A DNA stretch of 64,000 nt from an uncultured virus (IMG/VR IMGVR_UViG_3300005077_000036) (lineage: Duplodnaviria > Heunggongvirae > Uroviricota > Caudoviricetes), in the IMG/VR virus record IMGVR_UViG_3300005077_000036; one strand, 5' to 3'. Under the pieces are notes generated by a model that worked only from the letters and a program-made list of their open reading frames with translations, had not been told where the DNA came from and ran no database searches. How positions within the stretch are numbered: the stretch's first letter is position 1; each line of letters opens with the position of its first letter. Below are positions 19,085 to 28,586 of the stretch, piece by piece. Made by a program: the position numbers and the translations under genes.

Positions 19085-19508
19085 TGTCGTCCACCTTGCG
19101 CATAGCCTGGTCGCTGCCGATGATCCCCGCCGCAGTAAGGTGGGCGGCTGCCATAACGAACACTGAGGCTATCTCTGCAGCTGAAAACGCCAGCCTGCGA
19201 TCCAAGTCCTCGCCTGCTGCCCTTTCCCCCCTGAGATGGTGATTGAAGTCCGCAAGCCGGATAGCCAGCGCTGTCTTGCCGCCTGGCGCGCAAAAATCCA
19301 CAAAATCGTCCACATAGCAGACGACGAGTGCATTTCTGTAAGCTGCGGCGGCGTTCTCTCCAATGTAATAACCTGCATCTTCCGACCACGCTGCTTGCAC
19401 TACAGACGGGTCCACGCCCAGCCATCTCGCGTATGGGACCGGGCTTAGATGCTTGATTGCTTCTGCTCTTAGCTCCACGCCGATGAACACTGATCCGTAG
19501 AATTCCAT
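19047..19508 (-). CDS. Hypothetical protein
   Basis: MEFYGSVFIGVEL; TAATG coupling with the upstream gene. Confidence 0.5.
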   Translation of the reverse strand: MEFYGSVFIGVELRAEAIKHLSPVPYARWLGVDPSVVQAAWSEDAGYYIGENAAAAYRNALVVCYVDDFVDFCAPGGKTALAIRLADFNHHLRGERAAGEDLDRRLAFSAAEIASVFVMAAAHLTAAGIIGSDQAMRKVDDIMLFVPTTISGT

Positions 19509-19726
19509 TACTTGTCCTCGCCTTTCCCGCTGCCCTCTGGGGGCTCGTCCAAGGTGATGTGTGTGATAGGGTACACCCGGTGAAGGTTGATCGCTTGGTG
19601 GATTGTCATGTCGACGAGCCAAGGAAACTCGGTGGTTCCGATGCCGAACCTGAAGGATCCACGCGCTCTCGTCATACGGATCGTGCTGCGTTTGCCGTCC
19701 TTGCTTGCAGAATCACCTTTACACAC
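19508..19726 (-). CDS. Hypothetical protein
   Basis: Fits the gap in the minus-strand operon. Confidence 0.4.
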   Translation of the reverse strand: MCKGDSASKDGKRSTIRMTRARGSFRFGIGTTEFPWLVDMTIHQAINLHRVYPITHITLDEPPEGSGKGEDK

Positions 19727-19729
19727 CGC

Positions 19730-20260
19730 TCACGCCTCCATCGCGCGTAAGCAGTGGGGCCACGCTTCCGATAGGAAAGCCTTCAGCTGCTTACATGGCC
19801 CGATCTGAAGATGCTCGTACGCGCATTCGAGCTTCGTTGATTCGAGGTACTCTCTCCATTCGTCATCTGCCAGAAAGGATCCATCGGCGTCCCGAAGGTC
19901 CCTGATCCGGTCAAGCTCTCGCTCAGCCTCCCTGCGCGTCCATGCTCCGGTGCGTAGCTTTTCGCCAACGAGCTTGCCCAGGTTCCTTCCGGTTGCTTCT
20001 AGGTCCGGTTGCTCCTCTCGTCCGCTCATGAGCTTGTCGTACAATGCATCTGTCGGCATCGAGCACAGGAAGCGACGAAAGTCTCTGCCCATCTCCGGGT
20101 CCCATCGGTAGCCGTAGGTGCCCCAGCTGCTCACAATCGAAAGGCACCAGGAAAAGACATCAACGTATATGTTGGCCGTGCCAGTATTCGTGTACACGTA
20201 GTGAGCAGAAACATGGCGCTCGGTTACTCTTGCTTCACGTCGGGCGGGTGTCTTTTCCAC
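19730..20260 (-). CDS. Phage hypothetical protein
   Basis: GGAGG before GTG 20260; LSIVSSWGTYGYRW...LYDKL pattern, loosely similar to 26857-27471. Confidence 0.55.
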   Translation of the reverse strand: MEKTPARREARVTERHVSAHYVYTNTGTANIYVDVFSWCLSIVSSWGTYGYRWDPEMGRDFRRFLCSMPTDALYDKLMSGREEQPDLEATGRNLGKLVGEKLRTGAWTRREAERELDRIRDLRDADGSFLADDEWREYLESTKLECAYEHLQIGPCKQLKAFLSEAWPHCLRAMEA

Positions 20261-20556
20261 TTGCTCACCTCCATCTTTACGACAGCTCGCACCATCGTTG
20301 GTAGTATCGTGCCCAGCCCGTCCGGATACCAAACCTCCGCGGACACCGCTCCGTTTGGGCACGTTTGCACGACGACTTGAATGACGTGCTGCTCGTATTG
20401 CAGATCAATTTGGAGCGGGCCGACCGGTTCCGAAAAGCTCCAGCCCAGTATGCGTGCCTGGGGGTACTTCCTGCAGTAGAACGTGAAGGCCCGAATTACC
20501 AAACGGGCCGACTGCTCCTGAGACTCGGACAGCTGGAACTCTATTTGCTGGTACAT
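20224..20556 (-). CDS. Hypothetical protein
   Basis: Follows ssb with a GAGG RBS. Confidence 0.5.
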   Translation of the reverse strand: MYQQIEFQLSESQEQSARLVIRAFTFYCRKYPQARILGWSFSEPVGPLQIDLQYEQHVIQVVVQTCPNGAVSAEVWYPDGLGTILPTMVRAVVKMEVSKWKRHPPDVKQE

Positions 20557-20564
20557 CGCCTCGC

Positions 20565-21257
20565 CTATTCGGGCATGAAGTCATCGTCCGGGTTGTCTGC
20601 CGGCTCCTGTTCGGGAGAGCTGGCTGGCGTCTCCTGGTCGGGGGCGCTCGTATTCATGCTCTCACCATTCTGCTCGTCCGACCAGTCCATGGCCGGCCCG
20701 TCCGGGTCCGGGGTCATGGGGGCGGGAGCTTCTGGCTGGGTCTGCTGGGGCGGCTGCTGGGGCGGCTGCTGAGGCGGCTGCTGGGGCGGCTGCTGAGGCG
20801 GCTGCTGCTGGCCCTGAGGGCGCTGCTGTTGGTTCTGGGGGCGCTGCTGCCCCTGAGGGCGCTGCTGCTGCCCCTGGGGACGCTGCTGCCCCTGAGGGCG
20901 CTGCTGCTGGCCCTGCTGCCCCTGGCCCTGCTGGCCCTGCCCGTGATCGTTGCAGCGCCGGATGGTCGTTGGCTTGAAAGCATACGCCTTGCCGTTTCGA
21001 CCTTCGTATTCGTGAATCGTCCCCGTCACGAACACCACGTCGCCCTTCTGGAAGAGCCCCTTCTTTCGCTCGGCTGCCTCTCCGAAAAATCGGAAGTGCA
21101 TCCACGTGGGGCGAGACGTCCACTCGCCGTCGTTGTTCTGCACGGGGAGGTCCGCGACGCACTTGAGTGTCAGGGTCGTCTTGCGGTTGGCCGCTTGCCC
21201 CATTTCGGGGGCGACTTGTACGCGGCCAAGGAATGTGAATTCAGCGTATCCGTACAT
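20565..21257 (-). CDS. ssb: Single-stranded DNA-binding protein
   Basis: OB-fold pattern (FLGRV...PE, TWMHFRFFGEAAE, KGDVVFVTGTI); Q/P-rich linker; acidic DDDFMPE tail. Confidence 0.85.
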   Translation of the reverse strand: MYGYAEFTFLGRVQVAPEMGQAANRKTTLTLKCVADLPVQNNDGEWTSRPTWMHFRFFGEAAERKKGLFQKGDVVFVTGTIHEYEGRNGKAYAFKPTTIRRCNDHGQGQQGQGQQGQQQRPQGQQRPQGQQQRPQGQQRPQNQQQRPQGQQQPPQQPPQQPPQQPPQQPPQQTQPEAPAPMTPDPDGPAMDWSDEQNGESMNTSAPDQETPASSPEQEPADNPDDDFMPE

Positions 21258-21275
21258 GATTGTCTCCGTTCTTGC

Positions 21276-22139
21276 TCAGAACACGGGTTCGTCAACGAAC
21301 TCGCCCTCGACGATTTCCGGCTCATCGTCAAAGTTGTCATTTTGCTTCGATTGGGCGGGCTTCTGCGGTGGTGGTGGCGCAGGGGCCTCGTGCTCGATCG
21401 TGGCAGCGGATGGCGGCCTGTTCGGGGCGGAGGTGTTTGGGATGAGCAGATCCAGGCGGTTGTCTTCATAGGCCTCCTCGATGGACTCGGCTCGGATCAA
21501 TTCGGTGCTTCGTGGGGCGTTGGACAGGGCTCGGCGGATTGCGGTCTTCTTCCACATCGAGTCCGGGTGGGTGTTCCATGGGCTCTTCGGGTCTCTCGAC
21601 CGAGCGCTGCACCGCCTTGCAGCTTCGATGTCCTCCATCGTCACAACCGAAGGTTTCCACACCCCGCTGCTTGCGGTCCCGCCGACGAGCACCTTCGCGA
21701 ATGCGCACAGGGGTCGCCCTCGGGATTCCCGGAGGTTCGGCCGGTAGCGAACGTAATTGGACGTGCCCAGGTCGTACTCAAAATCGTCCTTCTCTCGTAC
21801 GACGTGCGCGTCGATGAGGTGGACGAGCGGATGCCTGTAGGCAAGCTCGATCAGTCCCTTGTACCCGATGATCAGCTGGCCGACCTTGCGGCCTGAGGCG
21901 TCCTTGAAGCCCACGATGTAGGCCTGCTCGTGGACCTTGCCGACCCGAAGGCCAAGCTCAGATGCGTGGACGAACCCCCAGAAAAGGCTGTTGGGCTCGA
22001 TTTGGCGCAGCTGCGGATCCCGATCCAATTCCACGTCCATGGTCGCTACCAACCGGTCGAAATCAACTCCGACCGGAAGCGCTGGGACGAGAAACGACTT
22101 CGATTTCTTGATGTGTACGATTGCGGCTGGTGTTGTCAT
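21276..22139 (-). CDS. recT: RecT-family recombinase
   Basis: AYIVGF, QLIIGYKGLIELAYR, VVREKDDFEYDLG, SPWNTHPDSMWKKTAIRRAL. Confidence 0.9.
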   Translation of the reverse strand: MTTPAAIVHIKKSKSFLVPALPVGVDFDRLVATMDVELDRDPQLRQIEPNSLFWGFVHASELGLRVGKVHEQAYIVGFKDASGRKVGQLIIGYKGLIELAYRHPLVHLIDAHVVREKDDFEYDLGTSNYVRYRPNLRESRGRPLCAFAKVLVGGTASSGVWKPSVVTMEDIEAARRCSARSRDPKSPWNTHPDSMWKKTAIRRALSNAPRSTELIRAESIEEAYEDNRLDLLIPNTSAPNRPPSAATIEHEAPAPPPPQKPAQSKQNDNFDDEPEIVEGEFVDEPVF

Positions 22140-23227
22140 GTTCTGCTCCCTGGTGTGCTCGCGAACTCCGCAAGCATCTCGACAAGCGTTTCGTCGATTG
22201 CGTCGTCTGTTTCCGGGCGGGTCCACACGCGAAGGTAGTGCGTTGGATCGCTTTCGAGGTAGTTGAATTCGCTCATGCGGATGCCAAGCTCCTCGCATAT
22301 CCTCTGCGCGCTGATTCGACCCGCTTTCTCTATCATCTTGGCGTTGCCCCAAGGTCCCGACATCTTCTGGTAGCGTCCGAGGGCGGCTAGCAGGTACTGG
22401 CCGGCGATCTCTCGCTCTTGCTTCGCAAGGCGCTGCAATCGGCTTGCAGCCTTGTACCGGTAGGCCCATTGTTGAGCTTCGTCCGGGGCGCTGAGCGAGC
22501 TTTCCATAACGACGGGTCCTAGGGTTGACCGCAACCATTTTTCGTACGCATCCGAGCCGTCCGGCGGCGGTGGTATCTGCGGCAGCACGTGCCGGTTCCA
22601 GAACTCCTCCGCGAGCCCGAAAAGCTGCTGCGCGACCTGCTCGTTGTAGCGCAGCTCGAACACCCGGAAGCGGCTCCCGTACAGGAGAGCTGCCACGTCG
22701 CATCTGCGATATCCGGTGACGAACATCTGCCACTGCGCCTGGACGTAAACGCTTGGGGGAACCCGGTCGCTGTCGTCGATGAGTGCTTCTCGAAGGTCCC
22801 AGTCGCGCCCCATGAATGACCCGACCAGCTTGCACTCCAGCAGATGTGACGCCTTGCCTGTGACGACCAGCTGTTTTTTCTCGCCTGGGTCTGGTTGCGC
22901 GTCCGAGAAGATGATGAACCGGTCGGGCGTTGCTCCGGCCCATTCGTAGGACGGGTGCTGGTAGGTCGTCTGGCTGAAGTACATCGACCAGACGCCGGCC
23001 GTCGGCTTGCACAGGTCCATGTAGAAGGACGCGAGGACAGCTTCCATCCGCTGCCCCATGTCCGCGGGAGAGCCCGCAGCGGGCGGTTCAGGCAAGGCCT
23101 GGGGGGGAGGCTCGACCTTGCTGAGGTACACCTGCAAAGCTGCCTTGCCTCCGGGCGTCGCGAGGGCCGCCACGTCGGTGGCGGTGAGCATGCGCTGTCG
23201 CTGCTGCAGCTGCTTGAGTGTGAGCAT
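22136..23227 (-). CDS. YqaJ-like viral exonuclease
   Basis: LTATDVAAL, GQRMEAV, GATPDRF, LLECK, YVQAQWQMFVTG; adjacent to recT. Confidence 0.85.
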   Translation of the reverse strand: MLTLKQLQQRQRMLTATDVAALATPGGKAALQVYLSKVEPPPQALPEPPAAGSPADMGQRMEAVLASFYMDLCKPTAGVWSMYFSQTTYQHPSYEWAGATPDRFIIFSDAQPDPGEKKQLVVTGKASHLLECKLVGSFMGRDWDLREALIDDSDRVPPSVYVQAQWQMFVTGYRRCDVAALLYGSRFRVFELRYNEQVAQQLFGLAEEFWNRHVLPQIPPPPDGSDAYEKWLRSTLGPVVMESSLSAPDEAQQWAYRYKAASRLQRLAKQEREIAGQYLLAALGRYQKMSGPWGNAKMIEKAGRISAQRICEELGIRMSEFNYLESDPTHYLRVWTRPETDDAIDETLVEMLAEFASTPGSRT

Positions 23228-23266
23228 GGGTTCAGGCGTACCACTACCGGCTGGTAAACGCAACCG

Positions 23267-23301
23267 TTGACATCCCGTTGCCTTCTGGTAATGTCAGCCA
23301 A
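23267..23301 (+). promoter_or_regulatory. Sigma70-like leaderless promoter in the divergent yqaJ/HTH gap
   Basis: TTGACA at 23267, 16 nt spacer, TAATGT at 23289, ATG at 23302. Confidence 0.55.
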
Positions 23302-23640
23302 ATGGACCAAAAAGAAGCGCGGCCAGATCCGCATTTACTCCCGATAGGGCACGCGAAGCTATACCGGTGGTTTCAGGCGAAGAGCCAGCCTTTGCGCTGG
23401 CTTGGTGAGATGTTTCAGGTGCCCGAGCCTACCGTATACCGCTGGCTCAGTGGAGACCGGGTGCCAGAGGCGCATTTTCGCATGGCGATAGAGCGGGTCA
23501 CGGAAGGTGCCGTTCTGCTCCCCGATTGGCTCACGGAGGCGCAGGTGCGAATGGTCTACCCGGACGCGGAGGCGGAGGTGATTTTGAATCAGCGGCGCCT
23601 GGATTCCAAGACACTCGAAGCGGAGGGTTACCATGTTTGA
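23302..23640 (+). CDS. Cro-like HTH regulator
   Basis: LGEMFQVPEPTVYRWLSGDRVP...IERVTEGAV...DW. Confidence 0.7.
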   Translation: MDQKEARPDPHLLPIGHAKLYRWFQAKSQPLRWLGEMFQVPEPTVYRWLSGDRVPEAHFRMAIERVTEGAVLLPDWLTEAQVRMVYPDAEAEVILNQRRLDSKTLEAEGYHV

Positions 23641-24715
23641 ACGGCTCAGTGCTCCGAAGCGAATCATTGCTGACGTAGCCGAGAGGGCTGCTGCAAGGTT
23701 CGAAGACCGCATGAGGCGGGGCTCTAAGGGTGATGTGCGCATCCGCATCGAGGACGAATTTGTTTCTGCGTATGGAAGGCAAATTTCCCTAATGAGCGAG
23801 TCCGGCCAGGTTGTTACTCGCGAGATGTACGACATTCTGATCCCCAGGTACGAGGATATGGTGTCCATGATAGCACGCGTCGAACTTGCGTATTGTTTGC
23901 TAGAATCCATCACGCCCGACTATGCGCGGTGGTGGAGCAGTCAGGTGCTTGAGCGTCAGTGCGAAGCGACCTTCATGCGTGCGGAGGGGGTGCTTCGGCC
24001 TGTGGGCGGCTGGGTTGATCCTGTCTGTACGGCTGTCATGGTCCTCATGCGAACGCAGTCCCCTCAGATGTTCGAGCGTGCCTTGGCGGCTCGGGGGGCT
24101 GCAGCGGCGAACGTGACGCTGCTGGAGGGGGGCGCCATCGTGGATCTTAGGGTGGAGGGGGCTGCGGACCTTGCGTTTCGAATTCAGCTGCCAACCAAGA
24201 CGGAGCTGGCCGATCTGCTCGAATACCGTCCGCTTGTCGTGCGGGTACGGCCGGCAGCGTCACAATGGCAACACCAGCAACCGGCGCCGGAAGTCCGCGT
24301 TCAAGTCGCTGGGGGCAAGGCAACGATTGCCCGCGTCCCTGGCGTTGAAGATAGCTCGCAGCTTCTTATTGGAAGCAGCGGGCTGTGCACGCGAGCATTC
24401 GCGAGGGCATTTGGCGATTTCCCGAACCTCACGAGATTCCTCCAGCTGTCGTCGATGAGGTATTGGAAGTTCGAGGCGCTCGGGTACCTGTCAGCACTTC
24501 TTATTCGAGTCAGGCGCCACGAGATGGCGCACGGTCGAAATGGTTACGACCCGCTCATCCTGGGCGCTGCGCATTTTCTCAACAACGCTAAGCCTAACTT
24601 GGGTTTCTCCATTCTCGAAGGGGCATCGAGCCCTCTTACTGATCTTGCCGACGTGAGCAAGATCGAGTTCGAGGATGACGTGCCCATGAAAGAGGAGCCC
24701 GAGAAATGGAATTGA
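23633..24715 (+). CDS. Hypothetical protein (360 aa)
   Basis: GGAGG RBS; long ORF. Confidence 0.6.
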   Translation: MFERLSAPKRIIADVAERAAARFEDRMRRGSKGDVRIRIEDEFVSAYGRQISLMSESGQVVTREMYDILIPRYEDMVSMIARVELAYCLLESITPDYARWWSSQVLERQCEATFMRAEGVLRPVGGWVDPVCTAVMVLMRTQSPQMFERALAARGAAAANVTLLEGGAIVDLRVEGAADLAFRIQLPTKTELADLLEYRPLVVRVRPAASQWQHQQPAPEVRVQVAGGKATIARVPGVEDSSQLLIGSSGLCTRAFARAFGDFPNLTRFLQLSSMRYWKFEALGYLSALLIRVRRHEMAHGRNGYDPLILGAAHFLNNAKPNLGFSILEGASSPLTDLADVSKIEFEDDVPMKEEPEKWN

Positions 24716-25020
24716 CTCGGAGGGAGGCATGGCTCGTTTCGAGGGTGGAGGCGCAGACCGACAAGCTCAGGACGAGCGCGCCACTGCCTCGCTTCCCTGT
24801 GCCGCCAGCCGAGCGTAGCGCGAGCGCTCGCCCTGCGACCGAGATCGGCTTGGACTGGGGCGATTTCTCCTTCGAGCTTGCAGAGGAGCGATCGTCTCGC
24901 GAACGCATTCTGTCCATGAGGCCAATGCTCAGACAGCGCCTCCGGGTTGCGAAATCCGTTCGGCTCATGCCAGCGGGGGCTAGCGTCACTTTCGACTGGC
25001 AGCAGGAGGAAGAAGTATGA
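24706..25020 (+). CDS. Hypothetical protein
   Basis: Overlaps both neighbours; ends VTFDWQQEEEV. Confidence 0.5.
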   Translation: MELTRREAWLVSRVEAQTDKLRTSAPLPRFPVPPAERSASARPATEIGLDWGDFSFELAEERSSRERILSMRPMLRQRLRVAKSVRLMPAGASVTFDWQQEEEV

Positions 25021-25640
25021 AAACTTGGCTGGACTCGTTCATTGCGGTCGACGTCGAAACGACGGGGATGCTCGACGGGGCTCGAATAGTCGAGGTCGGC
25101 TTCGCGTGGTTTGAAGACAGGCGTCTCGCTCGCAAGTTCTCGACGTTGGTGAACCCCGGTGACATCGACTACACGGCTCCCGACGTGTCCGAAGCGATGA
25201 AACTCAATGGCATTCGGCCGGAAGAGCTTCAGGGCGCGCCCACTTTCGATCAGCTCCTTCGCAATTTCTTCCCCAAGTTTGGCCGAGAGCCCTGGGCTGG
25301 GCACAATCTCATGTTCGACCTGCGCATGTTCACCCAGGAAAAAACCAGGCTGGCTCGCCGGACGGGGCTCAATTGGGACGCCTTCGTTCCGAGGCCTCGA
25401 CTCAAGCTCGACACCATGCTGCTGGCCCACTGGCTCGACAAAACTCTCCCCCATTACAATCTCAAGGCTGTAGCCGAGGCGTATGGCGTGACCATGGATG
25501 GGCATCACCGCTCCATGCCGGACGCGAAGGCGTGTGGGGAAACCTTGATCGCAATGTCTGATCACCTTCCGCTCGACGACGAGGCGATCACACAAATACA
25601 CGAGCAGGCAAGGGAGCAGTGGAATGAACGATACAAGTAG
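25017..25640 (+). CDS. DEDDh 3'-5' exonuclease (DnaQ-like)
   Basis: AVDVETTG, GHNLMFD, LDT, HHRSMPDA. Confidence 0.9.
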   Translation: MKTWLDSFIAVDVETTGMLDGARIVEVGFAWFEDRRLARKFSTLVNPGDIDYTAPDVSEAMKLNGIRPEELQGAPTFDQLLRNFFPKFGREPWAGHNLMFDLRMFTQEKTRLARRTGLNWDAFVPRPRLKLDTMLLAHWLDKTLPHYNLKAVAEAYGVTMDGHHRSMPDAKACGETLIAMSDHLPLDDEAITQIHEQAREQWNERYK

Positions 25641-26064
25641 CGACTCGGTTGACGCGACCGGATCAGAATTTCCGTCTCGAATTGAGCTGGTCCGTGTACA
25701 CGGGGGATTGGACATCACGTGCGAGGGAGTGCCCGTAACCGGTCGAATTTGCACCAAGGTGGATGTTGGGAGCCAAGCATCGTACGTCCTTGCGGACGAG
25801 GTGTCAGACCTGCTGGTTCGGATCAGGAGCGAGACGCAAAGGCTTTGCTCTCTTTACGTCGCGGATGCGTTCGACGTCAGTGGCGGTACCCTCCGGTTCG
25901 AGGGTCGTGTTCTGGCTACGGGCGTTCCCCTTTCAGCCCAGCTTTGGTTCAAGCGCGAGCTTGCAAAAAAGATCGCGAGCGTTCGGTTCCCCGCGTATCA
26001 CCACACGCCCGAAATGCTTCTCGCCTCGGTCTCAAAGCGTCCGAAGCGCCCTATCTCAACTTGA
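25624..26064 (+). CDS. Hypothetical protein
   Basis: Co-oriented ORF overlapping the exonuclease end. Confidence 0.45.
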   Translation: MNDTSSDSVDATGSEFPSRIELVRVHGGLDITCEGVPVTGRICTKVDVGSQASYVLADEVSDLLVRIRSETQRLCSLYVADAFDVSGGTLRFEGRVLATGVPLSAQLWFKRELAKKIASVRFPAYHHTPEMLLASVSKRPKRPIST

Positions 26065-26743
26065 ACACCCCGAGCGATCGGCGCTGCCTTCTGCGGGGGA
26101 GACGCCGGATGGGCTTTGCGAAGGATGCGGGCCCAGCGAGCCCTACGGCTGATGCCGGGGTGCATGTTAGCGCCGCCCACACTGCTGCGGCCCAGGCGGC
26201 GTATCCCTTTCCGGTCATGTGGATTCCGTCTGGCGACCGCTGTAGCGTCAGGGATTTCGTGTCGAAGGTCGGGATGCCAAGCGTCAGAATCTGCGGCGAC
26301 GCCCGGTCCTCCTTGGGCAGAGCCGGCGGCAGTACCCAAAGTATGGGCCGACCCGAGGCCTGGAGCATGTTCACGAGCTTTTCGAAGCGCGCTCGCAGCT
26401 CTTCGGGCGATCGGTTCGTGTACGTGTCGTTCGTTCCCAGGCTGATGACGACCACGGAGGGGTTGTACGCCAGCAGACCGCCCAGGCGTGTGGGGTTCAG
26501 CCAGGGGTCCACCCTGGCGCCCACCTCTGCGTCCGCCACGAGCGTGACGCCTGCTTCCTTGGCAAGTGCCCTCAGCGGCGCTGTGAGCCCCACGGCGAGG
26601 CTGTCGCCGAGCAGGGCGATGGTCTGGCCGGGTTGTACCTGGGGGACGCATCCTGGCGCCCCCGATGCCAGGTGTACGGCTACACCGACGCCTGCCAGGA
26701 CAAGAAGGCTCGTGTACAGCGCTCGCTTGGAAGGGGGTCGCAT
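26051..26743 (-). CDS. SGNH/GDSL hydrolase with N-terminal TM or signal peptide
   Basis: LLGDSL, ISLGTND, DGIHMTGKGY. Confidence 0.85.
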   Translation of the reverse strand: MRPPSKRALYTSLLVLAGVGVAVHLASGAPGCVPQVQPGQTIALLGDSLAVGLTAPLRALAKEAGVTLVADAEVGARVDPWLNPTRLGGLLAYNPSVVVISLGTNDTYTNRSPEELRARFEKLVNMLQASGRPILWVLPPALPKEDRASPQILTLGIPTFDTKSLTLQRSPDGIHMTGKGYAAWAAAVWAALTCTPASAVGLAGPASFAKPIRRLPRRRQRRSLGVFKLR

Positions 26744-26798
26744 TGACCGCACGTTATCCTGCTTGCAGGCATTTGGGAAGGTAGGCGCGTTAGCTTTC

Positions 26799-26827
26799 GC
26801 TAAGCCGTCGCTAAGCGCTTGCTTATC
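26799..26827. promoter_or_regulatory. Triple-heptamer operator, copy 2
   Basis: GCTAAGC-CGTC-GCTAAGC-GCTT-GCTTATC in a divergent intergenic gap. Confidence 0.65.
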
Positions 26828-26856
26828 ACGTCCGCTTGGAGTACGTAGGAAAAGTG

Positions 26857-27471
26857 ATGAAACCCAAAACCATGGACCAGTACGTTCAAGAACACGTGGA
26901 CCTTGCTGCCCAATGGCTCAAAGATCACGTGATCCTGTGTCACGAGCAGAACGAGCGCGTTGGCATTGTGGAAGTTGGCAACCGCAGTGGTTCAAGTGTT
27001 CACCGATGTGAGCTGATGCTTGTGACGCACTCCGGGCACCTTGTCATGACCGGAGACCACGACACGATCTGCTGGGCCCGATACCAAGGGGGCGGCGGTG
27101 TTGCGGGAGCCATTGCTTGGATGGCTCGAAGCGGCGTGTGCGGGTACGTCAGGGAGAAAGCTTCCATTGGCATGGGGCAGATCGGCGTTGAGGACTGGAG
27201 TGCGGAGGTCGCGCTGGATCAAGCATTGGATTACCTGCGCGAGGCGAAAGAAGAAGCAACAGTCGAGGCTAGGGCAGTCAATGAAGTGGAGCTGTGGCTG
27301 AAAGTGATAGACATGATTCGAGACTGCGCGCACCAGCAGAAAATCATCGAACATATCGCTGATCACGACTCCGACTGTGAGCGACTGGATTTGGGTGTGG
27401 TGCCCTCACAGCGCCTTCTGTGGGGTTGGAGCATCGTGAAAAAGGCTGACGAGCTTCTGAGGAACAAATGA
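26857..27471 (+). CDS. Phage hypothetical protein
   Basis: GHLVMTGDHDTICW...YVREKA. Confidence 0.6.
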   Translation: MKPKTMDQYVQEHVDLAAQWLKDHVILCHEQNERVGIVEVGNRSGSSVHRCELMLVTHSGHLVMTGDHDTICWARYQGGGGVAGAIAWMARSGVCGYVREKASIGMGQIGVEDWSAEVALDQALDYLREAKEEATVEARAVNEVELWLKVIDMIRDCAHQQKIIEHIADHDSDCERLDLGVVPSQRLLWGWSIVKKADELLRNK

Positions 27472-27935
27472 CAACGAAAGTAGTTAGGACGACCGGCGTC
27501 GTCGAAGGGCATGTGAACGAGGTCAAATTGGAGTCTCCGAGCAAGTGGGAGTCTCCGAGCAAGTGGCTGCACAGGCCGCACACGGTGACCTTGATCAACG
27601 TTCGATTCGAGCACCTGGTGGACTGGGCAACTGGAGTTGTCACAGGTGAGCCCAGAAAGCTCACCAAGTGGGAGGCGTACTGGCTTGTGTCCAGTGATCG
27701 TTTGCCTCCTCAGGATCGAGAGCAAGAACGAACATGTACGTCGTGTATCGCAACCCGTCGGATTATCCTGATAAGTTCGTGGTTCGACACTACGTTGTCA
27801 TCAGCGGAGCGGTTCTGGTCGAAGATGGCCCGCCGATGGCTGTCGTCGATACGTTGGAGGATGCGAGGGGCAGCATCGCAACCACCGCGGGTGAACTCGT
27901 CCGCTTGCCTCGCCACAAGGACGACGACCCCGTGA
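27468..27935 (+). CDS. Hypothetical protein containing an 18-bp tandem duplication (3' end uncertain)
   Basis: GGAGTCTCCGAGCAAGTG twice (ESPSKW x2); the 3' part overlaps 27734-27955. Confidence 0.4.
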   Translation: MTTKVVRTTGVVEGHVNEVKLESPSKWESPSKWLHRPHTVTLINVRFEHLVDWATGVVTGEPRKLTKWEAYWLVSSDRLPPQDREQERTCTSCIATRRIILISSWFDTTLSSAERFWSKMARRWLSSIRWRMRGAASQPPRVNSSACLATRTTTP

Positions 27936-27955
27936 TAGTCGAGGTGTGGGTGTGA
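27734..27955 (+). CDS. Small phage protein
   Basis: YVVYRNPSDYPDKFVVR...TLEDARGSI...DDPVIVEVW; compact, protein-like ORF. Confidence 0.65.
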   Translation: MYVVYRNPSDYPDKFVVRHYVVISGAVLVEDGPPMAVVDTLEDARGSIATTAGELVRLPRHKDDDPVIVEVWV

Positions 27956-27956
27956 C

Positions 27957-28586
27957 ATGGCGCGGGAAAAGAAAACAGTTATAGCTATCAGGCAAGGGCA
28001 CATCCGAGAACGCTGCGGCATCGACGAAAACTTGCCTGGGGAGGTGTCGGGGCTGACTGCCGAGGAGAAAGAGAAGCTGTTTCTGGACATGATGATAGAA
28101 GTCCTCAAACGGCTGTACACGACTGAGCAAGCGGGCAGGCTGGCGAGGATCCATCTCTCGTTTCACGCAGCTCTCATGAAGTTCATGACCTTGAAAACGG
28201 GTCACGCCTCCGTCTCCAGAAGGTGGCATCCTCGCCTCGTTCATCAGCTCATTCCGGCCACCGTGGCCGATGAGGCGTACGTTCCTCCGCCGCTGCTCGT
28301 CCCTCCGGACGTGTGCGTGGGCGAGGTGGTGGGCCGCCTCGACAGCTTGCCCACGCAGTACGAGTCTCTCGAATCGCTCCGCCAGGCGTGTCTCACTCTT
28401 GGTCTTCGATGGCAGCACGTGCAGAAAGCTATCGTGGTGCTTCTCGACGAGAAAAAGGTGTGGTGTGCACAAACGAGGGACGTGCGTGGAACGTACATCT
28501 TCGGAACGCTGGGAGAAATCCCGGCCGAGCTGCGCGAAGTTACCGACAAACAAGAGCTTGTGAGGGCGATGGCATGCTATCCATAG
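27957..28586 (+). CDS. Hypothetical protein
   Basis: 209 aa ORF within the operon. Confidence 0.55.
   Translation: MAREKKTVIAIRQGHIRERCGIDENLPGEVSGLTAEEKEKLFLDMMIEVLKRLYTTEQAGRLARIHLSFHAALMKFMTLKTGHASVSRRWHPRLVHQLIPATVADEAYVPPPLLVPPDVCVGEVVGRLDSLPTQYESLESLRQACLTLGLRWQHVQKAIVVLLDEKKVWCAQTRDVRGTYIFGTLGEIPAELREVTDKQELVRAMACYP

Noticed and set aside
19509..19622. MARRHDNPP as another Asn tag
   Set aside because: It is an upstream extension overlapping another gene; the likely start is 19508.
20740..20940. CTG-rich tandem repeats
   Set aside because: They encode the ordinary Q/P linker of SSB.
22140..23012. N-terminal extension of RecT (578 aa ORF)
   Set aside because: It overlaps yqaJ in another frame; the real start at 22139 is coupled to the yqaJ stop.
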